This document shows positions 12,958 to 23,641 of a DNA stretch of 64,000 nt, one piece after another. The stretch's first letter is position 1; the number at the start of each line of letters is the position of its first letter. The notes below the pieces were generated by a model that worked only from the letters and a program-made list of their open reading frames with translations, was not told the DNA's origin and did not search any database. The position numbers were made by a program, and so were the translations under genes. This DNA comes from Amphiscolops sp. MND2022 (lineage: Eukaryota): NCBI GenBank assembly GCA_964187785.1, contig OZ076409.1:5272001-5336000 (forward strand). The letters run 5' to 3'.

Positions 12958-14166
12958 TCGTCTTGGGAAGCTTTCCCTAGCGGTTTTTAAAAGATCTGGC
13001 CCCCTGGTGTTCAGCGCCAAGCCCGTTTTCGACTCTGGACAGGAGAGAAGAGCAGAGTTTTACCTCTTTTTAGTCGTATTACGTCTTACTGGAACTGGGA
13101 GAGGCGTTGAACCAGAGAAAATGCCGAAGAAAACGTGTTTTCAGGTGCGAAAATGGTATTTTTGGGCATTTTAGAAGGAAATCGCTCTTTATGTGTGATG
13201 TGTTGTATACCCATCAGCGGGTACCTTTTTGCAGGTGTAGAGGACCGTAGCACGTGGCTACGGGTGTCTAACAGGTTTTTTGAGCTATTTTCAGCCATTT
13301 TATGCCATGCAAGAGGGTAACGGATGGATGGTTGACCATACTCCAGCGAGGCGAAGGAGGGGACAAATCTTGTGTTGCCTACTTCCTATTCCCATTTCTC
13401 GTGGAGACGTCCTAGAGGCATGGTTTTTGGTGGACAGCAAGTGCAACGACGACAGACGGTGCTAATGGTCCCACCCGCGTGTTTCTATCTGGTCTAGAAG
13501 TGGAGAAATAACGTGGTGAAGATGCACCCCCTAGAACCAGATGAGTCGCTCAGATGGAGTATGGTTGGCGAAAATTTTGAAAATACACCTCTTTCGATGG
13601 AGAATCGTTGGTGCAGGTCAGTGACGTTCTACCATAAATGTAACGACACCCAACGAAGTGCTTTTCTGCGAAAAAGATAGCACTTGGAGAAAAAACCTCA
13701 TTTTTGCGTTTTTTTGGTGTTTTTCTTGGTTTCGAGCACTAGTGCTCACAGAAGCCAGGAAAGCGTGGTGGAAAGTTTTGACAAAGCAGCTGCAAGGCTC
13801 GAGAAAGCCGGCACGAGGCACGAAAGGCGAAGTTGAAGCCTTTGATTGTGATAAAAGTGCCAATTTGACGCCGAAAAATGTGAAAAAAGTGGAAATTTGG
13901 CCAAAAAGGCACCCAAAATGTGAACGTACACGAGTGTGGAAGTGTAAAATGACAGTGTACGGCACTACCCCAAGTGTAGTTGACCCTCAGGATACTAATT
14001 GTAACTTTTGTAGCGGACTCAGGCAGCCTGGGGCTGATACAGTGCGAAAAACTTGTGATTTTTGGCATTTCAGAGTAGAGAAAGTGCATTAACCAAAAAC
14101 ACCCAGAGCAAAGCTTATTCGAAGAGAGCGGGTTCGAGCGCTCTCATTTTCGATTGTAGCAGCAAA

Positions 14167-14412
14167 AACGACGCATTGTGGTGAAAACCGCATGCAAAAA
14201 TTCCTTCTCAGTGCTGAGAAAAGTTGAAAAACCTTGACTTTTGGCCAGTTTCAGGAGTGCCAGAGTGCATCATTAAAACCTCTAGGGCACTCAGTGTTTT
14301 CGAGACTGGGGAGCCCGCGCGCTCCTATCTTCTGTTCTTATAATACAAACAACGCATTGTGGTGAAAACCGCATGCAAAAATTCCCGTTCAGTGCTGAAA
14401 AAAGTGGAAAAA
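14167..14412. repeat. ~65-bp direct repeat pair in the Gypsy 5' UTR
   Basis: ACGCATTGTGGTGAAAACCGCATGCAAAAATTCC...TCAGTGCTGA at ~14170 and ~14351. Confidence 0.8.
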
Positions 14413-15646
14413 CGCACTGAATTTGGTCAATTTTCCACAAAACCGGACTGTCTCTGAGCTAGGGTCGGGTCATCGATTCCTGGACCCTAGCCAAAAAGTG
14501 GTTACATTTTCGTAACCACCACAAAAATTAACGTTAGTGCCGAAAATTTGGCTAGCGTGTCGCTCACCAAAGTCGAGAAAAGCTCTCTGACGTTTCGACT
14601 TCAGAAAAGCACATAAAAGCCGAAAAATTCCAAAATTACAGGACTGTCAGTGCCTTATACCTAACGGGCACGACCAATTGAGGGTTTATCCCAGTGCTAC
14701 GGATAGTGGGGCAACACGTTAGTCCCATTTTGCCCGCCGTATCACTTTCGGAGGTGATCCTCTTGGTCAATTTGTGAAAAAAGTAGTCAAAAACAGTATT
14801 TTTTCGTGTACAACGTACGTAGTGGGTCGAAACCTCAAATAAGCGCTCGCGCTCCAATTCGACCATATCAGTGGCATTGTAGGTGCCCACAGGCATAAAC
14901 TACCAAGTTTGGTGCCGATCTGTGTGACACTTGTTGAGAAAATAGGAAAAACGTGGCACCCAAAAAGGCGTGCAAAAAGGCAGTTTTTTCTAAATTTTCC
15001 GAGTAACCCGGGCACCTTAGCCGACGGGTGGGGCTATATTGCAGCCCATCATCGTATCCTGTGCTAGTTCTTACGTTGCTGCAGAGAATTTGAGCTTGCT
15101 AGCTCTTTCCACTGGACCGCAATCTTGAAAAAGACGTGAAAAACAGTATATTTCGGTACATAGTGGTACCGCACGTCTGTACCTAGGTGAAACTGTGTAG
15201 AAGGGGCGCAACTCAAAACTGTGTTCATTTTCGTAAACCTACATGTACCTAAGATCTGCTGGCCAATTTTGGGCTGGATACGGCGCTTCCCGTGCATACC
15301 CGAGCCTGTGGAGAGTTATCGTGCGAATTTTGAAAAATCCGAAGATTCCTTGAAATCCTTCCTGTGGGTGACTGGAGACTTTTTGCCCCAAACGAAGTTG
15401 ATTTTCTAGCCCAGTGTGCTTGTGGAAAAACGCTGTGCAAATTTGAACAGCCTACAAGCTCTAGAACGTGTTTCGAAAAGTCTAGAACGCTGGATACCAC
15501 CAAAATTCTTAAGTGCTCACCGGGACGACCAAGGGATCAGCTTCGAATTGAAGACCCTGGTGCGTTCGGCGACCCAATTTGAGTCTTCCGAGTAATCGTG
15601 AGCGGTAACTCGATCGCTATTGATAAACGCGTTGGCCACCGAACCG

Positions 15647-18600
15647 ATGGCGGTGTCCCATACGGGTTCACAATCATGGGTCACGATAGAGGGTTCGTGT
15701 TTTTCAGACGACATGTCTGACGAAGTCACTATCGAACAACAGCGAAAGGAGGAATTGGCCGCTATGCTTCCTCCCTCAGAGAACTCCAGTATTTCTGCAA
15801 ATTCGCGTCGAACTGAGCAGTGGGTCGACGAAACCTGCCACGATAGAGCTAATGAAGTGGAAGAGGGCTGGCCTAATTCGAACATGACCGATGAACTGGC
15901 GGCCGAGGAAGGGTGCTCGCGCGCACCCCCGGCTGGAGAAAGACAACTTGGCTCACAAACTGACATGGAACAGGACCTCACTTATGTGGGAGGCATGAGT
16001 TACGCGCGACAGCGGGGACTCGGGACCACTCGAGGACCTACCCGGGTCTGTGCCTACGGGAAGCACAAGAAGGTACGACCACCTCTACTACAGGTAGGGG
16101 AGCCACGTCAAGAGGCATCCCGTGTCAGGAGTATGACAGGCTCATTGGCCTCATCGCAACGGTCTTCAGTATACAAGGCAGCACTATTGGATGCCCAAGC
16201 CGAAACCCAACGGGCCCTAGCAGGTCTGGCCAGCACTCGTGCTGAATGCAATGAGCAACACCTTGCTATCGTAGAGAACATTAAAGTGATGCAGACGACG
16301 ATGCGCGAAAGCCTGCAGGTCAGTGATCAATTGCGCACCGCGCAGAATGTGCAAAATGCTCGAGTGGACACATTGGGTCACCGGATAGGAGAGATGAATG
16401 ACACGTTGATGTCTCGTGAGCTGCGCGTGGAAACGCAGATCAACGACTTAAGTAATCAGATGCACACGGTACTCAATGCCATTGATGTCATGAGGCGTGA
16501 AAGGTCGCTCCCGCGGCAGCCCAGTACAAGTGGAGGCGTGCGGAATGGAGGCCCAGTCCGTATCTCAGAGCCAACGTGCCCGAGCCAGGTAGTGAAGTCG
16601 GAACTGCCGAGCGTGCTAAAGCCTAGCACTTCCAGGCCGGCGGTGCCTGCGCCCCGGAAGGATGAAGGAGTAGCCGGAAATTTGGTGATGGCCACGCCTG
16701 AAGCAGAGCGCAAGCCTGCACGAGGGCAGATGAGGGGACATCACGACTCAGCAGAATCATCGATGCCTTCTGCAACCCAGTGTACCACTCGAGATCAAGG
16801 CGTGGACCCGATGTCGACCATCTATCTTGATTCCTCGGTTGAAGTCGACCTATCTAACACCAAAGCAACCCTAGGCTCTCAAACCGAGGGAGCAACGTTT
16901 GCAACTGCCCCTATTTCGATGTCAGGACCAGATTCTCTATACTGGACCGCAGACTTGTCAGCCGAACATGGACTGCCCTCGGGCACTCCCTGTGCTAGCA
17001 GCACTCGTAAAAAGGACGAAATCGCTGACCTGTCGATACAAGCCACTCTTGGTAGTCATGACAGGACACGCGAAGGGGAGGCCAACGCCGATGAAGGAGA
17101 AGCCATATCCCCCGAGCAGCTGAGATTCACGGCCGCCATATCAAAGGCGATGTCCAAAGAGTTAGCGCCCTTACTCGCCGGCAGAGACCTGGCTCAGGCG
17201 AGGCCCAATGTATATCGCGGGTCCAAAGACGGATCCATTGATGGGTGGATCCTTATTATGCAGAGATACCTGAAGAGAACACAAACCAAGGTCTCAGCAG
17301 AGGACCAGGCTTGGAGCATCATCGGTCACCTTGAAGGTGAAGCCCGCAACTACATTATCAACAAAGCGGAATCCGAACGTGACACCCCCGAAAAGGTGTT
17401 CGAATTGTTATCCAGCCGCTTTGGCGCTGGAGGAAACCGTATGCAAGTGCGACAAGCTTTCCAGAGCCGCATTCAACAAGAGAAAGAAGACTGGATGCAG
17501 TATTTAGACGCTCTAGAGGGTCTTCGGAGTCAAGGATTCCCACAGGAGGCAATCACCACCAAGCGCTATGAAATTCTCCAGCGCTTCATGGATGGTGTAC
17601 GAGACCCAGCGCTGAGGCGGGAGTTGGCCATAGTGTATGCCTCGGAAGTCTTCCTGACCGAGCCACCTACGGTGGAATCCCTCCGCTTCACCACCCGCCA
17701 ATTGCAGCGCAATCGTCCAAAACCTAACCAATTCCCTCAACCCTATGACCCCAGACTAGCAATGAGGTCTCGACCTCATCCCTTCGCGCCACTACCCCCC
17801 AACAAAATGGTGTTACCACAAGGAGTAATGCCTCCCCCACCTGCGAGTAACGCTCCCCCCAATCCAGTAGCAGTGCAGCCTGCGACACGCCTACCCGTTG
17901 GCGCGTGCTATAATTGCGGTCAAGCTGGGCATTTTGCCCGGGACTGTCCCGCCCGCGATCAAGCTCGCAAACCAGTGGCAGCTCCTGAACCAGAAGGCGT
18001 GAAAGTCACTGCTGAAGACATAACTGATGGCGTGTTGGAGAGCTATCCAAGCATTCATCAGTGTGCGCACTGTGGAGTCTATGACCATGTGGATGTCCCC
18101 TGTGGTGAGCATTCTCAAGCTCCGAGGCCTAATGATGAATTGGCCTACAATCGATGGGCTGAAGTGGAATCCGCTGGTGTGGCCGCCCACACGGTACCCC
18201 TCGAAGATGATCGCGTATTAATGCTACACCCAGCGGAGCCCCCAGCGTTTCACCCCCCACTGACAGTTACATGTGGGACAAAGCAGATTCAGACGTGCTT
18301 GGAGCCCACAACGTTCGATCCACAAGGGAGGACGTTGATCTCGATTCATCTTATGCTGGCAGCCGAGCAGGCGCGCAGACCAACGTTAACCTTGGCGAAA
18401 CTCTGGGTTGAGCTATCTGTCCTCTATAACCGGATGGAATTGCCCCGCCCAAAACACTGGCACGTCCCCGGAGAGTCGGAGACCCTGACTACGTACTCGC
18501 CAGTACCAGTCTGTGCAACGATGGACGGCGTGGACGTGAAGTTCGAGGCCTGTGTGGTGGTAGATGTATTCCCACCCGGCTTATGCTTGGGACCTCAAGA

Positions 18601-21600
18601 GCTGAAATGCTATAATATCAACCACCAAGAACCCACCGGGGAAGCGCGAATAGATGAGCGTGCGTCGCTCGTTGTCCCCTTTGTGGTGCCACATGCGGCA
18701 CCTATCCCACTGCGAGGCCTGGTGGACACTGGTTTTGGAGTATCCATACTAACCTTCTCCGCCTTCAACCGGGTAGCTGCACGGACTGGAGCGGTCCTGA
18801 AACCCTATCAAATTGATTTGTACGCTGCCAATGGGAAGACAATAAAGACTTTCGGGCTGGCTGAGCAGATACGCTTCCAGTTGGGAGGGTATGAACTCGA
18901 AACCAATTTCGTCGTGGTAGATGACGCAATGGGCGTGGAGGACTTTCTATTGGGTCGAAACTTCCTCCGTTCCTACCAAGTCTTGGTAGATCTAACCTCC
19001 ATGAAGATAGTGGTGCGAGCACCAGTGAAGCCCGTCTGGCATCATGCACACACCCAGGTAGGTGATGTTTCGCTAACTACTCCCATTGCTCTGGACAGTG
19101 ACTTAGTCCTACAGCCTTTCGAGCGTACAGTGGCAAAGGCCAAACTTGTCACCAACGCGCTTGAACCATTAATCTTCCAGACCGTGGCGCTTAACGCCTC
19201 GTTGTCTGATCCCTTATTGCAAAATACCATCTTTTTAGAGGACAGCGTGGCCACTGTCAGTGAGACAGGAACACTGTATGTGAGTCTGGTAAACCTCACC
19301 AGCAACCAGCAGCGTGTACGATGTGGTGCCCACCTAGGCACGGTAGTGCCTGTGTCTCTAGTATACCAGGCTGTGCCCCAAAAGCTGGATGCTACTGCGG
19401 AAACTGACCACAAAACTGAAGCCGACAACAGTCGGGCAAATTTTGTTTATAAAGTGTACAGTGAAATGAATCTATCTACTGCTTCTGAGTTAACCTCTTC
19501 ATCTGAATTTGAGTTTTTGTCTTCTACGGATCCAAGTGAAGCGGGGCTTTCGGAGCGCGAGACTCGCAAGCGCACCGATCCCGACCTATTGGCCCCGATG
19601 CCTGGGCCCGATTCTCAATTGCAAGAAGTCAAGAAACTCTGGGGCGCTAGCGCCTGCGAGTCCTTAGACAACATTCTTAACGAGTTTGATGACCTATTCA
19701 TGAAACGCAAGGCGGATATTGGCCGCTGTACCATTGCTAAACACACCATAGAGGTAGAGCCTGAGGCTGTACCGCACCGTGAAGGTGCTCGGAGAATGTC
19801 CCCCGAAAAGGCTGAACGAGCCAACCAGGAGGTTCGGAGCTTATTGGCCTTAGGGATGATACAACCATCACTGTCCCCGTGGGCAAATGGTATCGTAATG
19901 GTAAAAAAGAAAAGCGGGGAGTTACGCTTTTGCTGTGACTTCCGACCGCTGAATGAAGTAACCATTAAGGATGCCTACCCCCTGCCCCGTATCGATGAAA
20001 GCCTGGCGCGACTGGGCAATGCAAAGATCTACACCAGCATAGACCTTGCCTGGGCTTTCTGGCAAATTCCCTTGCGAAAGGCGGACCGCCACAAAACAGC
20101 CTTTGCCTGTGAGTTGGGACTCTTTGAATGGCGAAGAATGCCATTTGGCTTGTGCAATGCATCAGCCACCTTCCAGCGAGCAATAGCGCGAGCGCTGCAA
20201 AAAATAGTCAATCGCAAAGGCAGCATGGTCATGGCATACATCGACGACATAGTTATAGCAACTGAGACTGTGGAAGATCACATGGCGCGTTTGCCCGAGG
20301 TTTTTGAATGCCTCCGCGAAGCTGGCTTCAAGATGCGCGTAGCCAAATGCGACTTCATGAAACCAGAAATCAAATATCTGGGACGCGTGGTCTCAGCAGA
20401 AGGTGTCAAACCGGACCCGAAAGCTGTTGCCAAACTGCGCGATTGGGACATCCCCCGCAACAAAACTGAAATGCAAAGTTTCCTGGGATTCGCTAATTAT
20501 TATCGCGAATTCATCCCGTGGCATGCCAAGCTGGTGGCGCCCCTCCACGCCGTTACGGGACTGAATGCCACGTTTGCATGGGGTCCTGACCAACAAAAAG
20601 CCTTCAACGAAATCAAGACAGCATTGATCGAGGCGACTGCGCTCGCGCAGCCTGATTCCGAAGGAGAGTTTGTGCTGGACACAGATGCCAGCGCTGTTGC
20701 CATTTCCGGTATCCTACATCAATGGCAAGGAGCTCCCGGAGAACGACGCCTACGACCGATCATATACGGCAGCAAGAAACTGACCACCACCCAAGCCAAA
20801 TATGGGGCACCCAAGCTGGAGATGTTTGCTGCCTACTACTTCATCCTCAACTACCACAGCTACCTTTGTCCCCGAAAGTTCACCCTGAGAGTCGACAACC
20901 AAGCCCTATCCTGGTTGAAAACCTACTCCACGGACCAAGCATTGATTGGACGTTGGATCATGACACTGGACAGGTATCACTTTCGCGTGGAACACAGACC
21001 ACGAACACAACACCGCAATGCTGATGGCTTGAGCAAACGAACCAACGATTATCGATGCCGAGAACAGCAGCTTGCGCAGCTGCCAGCTACTGGAGAGCGT
21101 TGGAACTTCCTCTCGGCCGAGGAATTCGACAACCTCCCCATAGCCCCATGGTTCGACCTGCAAGGTCGAATCATTCCAAATCATCCTGACCTACCACCGC
21201 ATCTGCAGAACTTGGAGCCTAAGGCTCCTGACCAGGCACTCCGTGTGCTTCGCCGTGTGCAACGAGCGAACAAGCGAGAACGACAGGCAAAGGCGCTAGC
21301 CGCGCCTTTACCGCCTCAGCCTCCACCCGTACTGCAAAAACACGAAGACTTCTACCCAGACTATCCTGAAGACTGGATAAATGTCACCACTGAGGCCAGC
21401 GAGGATTACCTGCTGCCAACACATGCAGTAAATGTCCCCTCGCGCACCATCTATTCTGTGACGGGAACGAGTAACGCCATGCTACAGAACTCACCTGGTG
21501 GCGTGCGCGAGTCGATCATGGCCCTCAAGGACATCGACACCGAGCTCCATGAACACACACATACCGTGCATGGGATCAAGGACTTGGTTTTAACCCAAAA

Positions 21601-23641
21601 CCGCGATGTCCATGTGCTAGCACTGAAAAAGCTCGTGCAGTGTGAATCCCTAGATAACGACGTGTTTCCCGAGAACGTGCGTGAGTTCGCACGTAATTAC
21701 TTCCGCCAGAAAAAGGATCTCTTGTTCATAAACAAGAATCATGTCCTTTGCGTGCAGTACTCCCCCACCCAACGCCCACTGCACGAACGTCCGTGCATGA
21801 TCATAATGCCTCAGCTATACCAGCACGAGATTCTGTTCCGCGCGCACGACGCAATGGGACACCAAGGTATCTCAAAGGTAGTAGCTCGAATTCAAGAGCG
21901 CCACACCTGGCCCGGCATACGGCGCAGTGTCGGTCGGTACGTCGGCCAATGCCTCACCTGCCAACAAGTACGTGACAAGCCTGGTGACGTACGATTCCAA
22001 TTGAAAAATATTCAGAGTGGCTACTTCAACGAGTTGGTCCAATATGACCACTTAAAAATCTGCCCCTCTGATAACAACAACACTGGCATTTTGGTCATCA
22101 TCGACCATTTCTCTAAATTTGCAGAAGCAGTCCCTTGTAGTCATCATGACTATGACGCAGTGACCACCTCACGATTGCTGCTGCAGAAATGGTTTGCCCG
22201 CCACGGCACCCCCACTCGCATGCAATCAGACAATGCCCCCAACCTTACTGCTGAAGTCTCTAATGAGTTTCTAAAGGCAGCTCACGTCACTAAGGTGACC
22301 TCCACTGCCGGACATCCACGAACTCAAGGCTTGGTGGAACGGCAAAACCGCACCCTCTTAACCTTGTTGCGAGTCTACTGCTCACGTCGCATGCGCGACT
22401 GGGACCAGTGCTTAGATGAAGTGATCGGTGCCTATAATTCCACCAGGCACGCCACTACAGGCTTCTCGCCCTATATGTTAACAAGGGGTGTTGAGAAAGC
22501 AATTCCCCTCACCTTTTTATACCCTGAATTTGCAGCCAAGTCCTTCGATACGCATGAAGCATACGTGGATCATGTGTTGGCTCGCCAACAAGAAATTCAC
22601 GACTTGGTCCGGCGCAACACGCACCAAGCCCAATTGCGCCAAAAACTGAAATATGATCGTGCTATCCGAGCACGAGCTTACCAGCCGGGAGAGCTCGTCT
22701 GGGTTTTTTGCCGCTACGTGCTGCAAAAAGGCTCTCCAAAATTGATGCGCGCCTGGCGTGGCCCGCACAAAATAGTGCAAGTTTTTCAAGAAGGACGTGT
22801 CTACGTATTGGACACAGGCCAAAAGGTTCATTTTGAGCGCCTGAAACCTCATAATAGTGGGCCCCTTGAGCTCGCCACCGCGCAAGCGGACAGCGGCGAA
22901 ATAGTGGTACTCATGGACCCTGACCCTGAACGCTCTGTTGAAGCAGTTGACGACGATAAGTCCCAGCCTTCATATAAAACTGAACAACTACTTTCAGAAG
23001 CATCTGACGTATCCTTGCCTTCGCGCAAGCAACATTGGATGGATACCCGTCTGCGCACAAAGTTACGTGCTGGAGGTTCCCGCATGCACTACCAGCAATT
23101 CGACTACTCAACTTCGGGCACTGACGACGAGTTGTCCGAAGTCATGCTACCGGTACCTCCTGATCCCGTTGACGCCGATCACAGGGAGCCCGAACCCCAA
23201 CTCCCTTCAGACCAATCAATATCACCTGCCCATCATCTGCCTCAACTATTCTCCGACCATGAGCGCGCGAGCTCTCCGTCACCACGGATATCCTCTCCCG
23301 AAAGACAGCCCTCCTTACTGGGCACATCGGCCCCACTACTGACAAATCCATCACTGACGAGTTTCCTCAACAACTATCCCATTTGGCCGGCCGCTCCTTC
23401 CCTTCCTCTGAAATCCGCCACTGAGGATGACGACGCTCAGTCCAATGTCCCTACTCTTCCCACAACATTGCCCGGAGCGGGGACCGCTCCTTCTTTCAAA
23501 AGGGGGAGGGGAGACCACCCAAAACGCGAAAAAGGCTGGTCAGAGCGAAGGCAAGAACGAGGAAGAAAGAAACTACAACAACAATGCCATCGAAAACAGC
23601 AATACCGACCGAGGCTTCCGAGGTCCCCCGATATCAACTGA
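15647..23641 (+). CDS. gag-pol: Gypsy Gag-Pol polyprotein (first ATG 15647; probably continues by 1-nt frameshift at ~23510 to 25002)
   Basis: CCHC knuckle CYNCGQAGHFARDC, protease LVDTG (~18725), RT YIDD (~20237), RNase H LDTDAS, integrase HDAMGH..CLTC and D-D-E core (YDHL, SDNA, VERQN). Confidence 0.96.
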   Translation: MAVSHTGSQSWVTIEGSCFSDDMSDEVTIEQQRKEELAAMLPPSENSSISANSRRTEQWVDETCHDRANEVEEGWPNSNMTDELAAEEGCSRAPPAGERQLGSQTDMEQDLTYVGGMSYARQRGLGTTRGPTRVCAYGKHKKVRPPLLQVGEPRQEASRVRSMTGSLASSQRSSVYKAALLDAQAETQRALAGLASTRAECNEQHLAIVENIKVMQTTMRESLQVSDQLRTAQNVQNARVDTLGHRIGEMNDTLMSRELRVETQINDLSNQMHTVLNAIDVMRRERSLPRQPSTSGGVRNGGPVRISEPTCPSQVVKSELPSVLKPSTSRPAVPAPRKDEGVAGNLVMATPEAERKPARGQMRGHHDSAESSMPSATQCTTRDQGVDPMSTIYLDSSVEVDLSNTKATLGSQTEGATFATAPISMSGPDSLYWTADLSAEHGLPSGTPCASSTRKKDEIADLSIQATLGSHDRTREGEANADEGEAISPEQLRFTAAISKAMSKELAPLLAGRDLAQARPNVYRGSKDGSIDGWILIMQRYLKRTQTKVSAEDQAWSIIGHLEGEARNYIINKAESERDTPEKVFELLSSRFGAGGNRMQVRQAFQSRIQQEKEDWMQYLDALEGLRSQGFPQEAITTKRYEILQRFMDGVRDPALRRELAIVYASEVFLTEPPTVESLRFTTRQLQRNRPKPNQFPQPYDPRLAMRSRPHPFAPLPPNKMVLPQGVMPPPPASNAPPNPVAVQPATRLPVGACYNCGQAGHFARDCPARDQARKPVAAPEPEGVKVTAEDITDGVLESYPSIHQCAHCGVYDHVDVPCGEHSQAPRPNDELAYNRWAEVESAGVAAHTVPLEDDRVLMLHPAEPPAFHPPLTVTCGTKQIQTCLEPTTFDPQGRTLISIHLMLAAEQARRPTLTLAKLWVELSVLYNRMELPRPKHWHVPGESETLTTYSPVPVCATMDGVDVKFEACVVVDVFPPGLCLGPQELKCYNINHQEPTGEARIDERASLVVPFVVPHAAPIPLRGLVDTGFGVSILTFSAFNRVAARTGAVLKPYQIDLYAANGKTIKTFGLAEQIRFQLGGYELETNFVVVDDAMGVEDFLLGRNFLRSYQVLVDLTSMKIVVRAPVKPVWHHAHTQVGDVSLTTPIALDSDLVLQPFERTVAKAKLVTNALEPLIFQTVALNASLSDPLLQNTIFLEDSVATVSETGTLYVSLVNLTSNQQRVRCGAHLGTVVPVSLVYQAVPQKLDATAETDHKTEADNSRANFVYKVYSEMNLSTASELTSSSEFEFLSSTDPSEAGLSERETRKRTDPDLLAPMPGPDSQLQEVKKLWGASACESLDNILNEFDDLFMKRKADIGRCTIAKHTIEVEPEAVPHREGARRMSPEKAERANQEVRSLLALGMIQPSLSPWANGIVMVKKKSGELRFCCDFRPLNEVTIKDAYPLPRIDESLARLGNAKIYTSIDLAWAFWQIPLRKADRHKTAFACELGLFEWRRMPFGLCNASATFQRAIARALQKIVNRKGSMVMAYIDDIVIATETVEDHMARLPEVFECLREAGFKMRVAKCDFMKPEIKYLGRVVSAEGVKPDPKAVAKLRDWDIPRNKTEMQSFLGFANYYREFIPWHAKLVAPLHAVTGLNATFAWGPDQQKAFNEIKTALIEATALAQPDSEGEFVLDTDASAVAISGILHQWQGAPGERRLRPIIYGSKKLTTTQAKYGAPKLEMFAAYYFILNYHSYLCPRKFTLRVDNQALSWLKTYSTDQALIGRWIMTLDRYHFRVEHRPRTQHRNADGLSKRTNDYRCREQQLAQLPATGERWNFLSAEEFDNLPIAPWFDLQGRIIPNHPDLPPHLQNLEPKAPDQALRVLRRVQRANKRERQAKALAAPLPPQPPPVLQKHEDFYPDYPEDWINVTTEASEDYLLPTHAVNVPSRTIYSVTGTSNAMLQNSPGGVRESIMALKDIDTELHEHTHTVHGIKDLVLTQNRDVHVLALKKLVQCESLDNDVFPENVREFARNYFRQKKDLLFINKNHVLCVQYSPTQRPLHERPCMIIMPQLYQHEILFRAHDAMGHQGISKVVARIQERHTWPGIRRSVGRYVGQCLTCQQVRDKPGDVRFQLKNIQSGYFNELVQYDHLKICPSDNNNTGILVIIDHFSKFAEAVPCSHHDYDAVTTSRLLLQKWFARHGTPTRMQSDNAPNLTAEVSNEFLKAAHVTKVTSTAGHPRTQGLVERQNRTLLTLLRVYCSRRMRDWDQCLDEVIGAYNSTRHATTGFSPYMLTRGVEKAIPLTFLYPEFAAKSFDTHEAYVDHVLARQQEIHDLVRRNTHQAQLRQKLKYDRAIRARAYQPGELVWVFCRYVLQKGSPKLMRAWRGPHKIVQVFQEGRVYVLDTGQKVHFERLKPHNSGPLELATAQADSGEIVVLMDPDPERSVEAVDDDKSQPSYKTEQLLSEASDVSLPSRKQHWMDTRLRTKLRAGGSRMHYQQFDYSTSGTDDELSEVMLPVPPDPVDADHREPEPQLPSDQSISPAHHLPQLFSDHERASSPSPRISSPERQPSLLGTSAPLLTNPSLTSFLNNYPIWPAAPSLPLKSATEDDDAQSNVPTLPTTLPGAGTAPSFKRGRGDHPKREKGWSERRQERGRKKLQQQCHRKQQYRPRLPRSPDIN

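Noticed and set aside
23498..23515. Programmed -1 ribosomal frameshift
   Set aside because: No X XXY YYZ heptamer in the Pol frame. A single-G deletion or homopolymer sequencing error is simpler.
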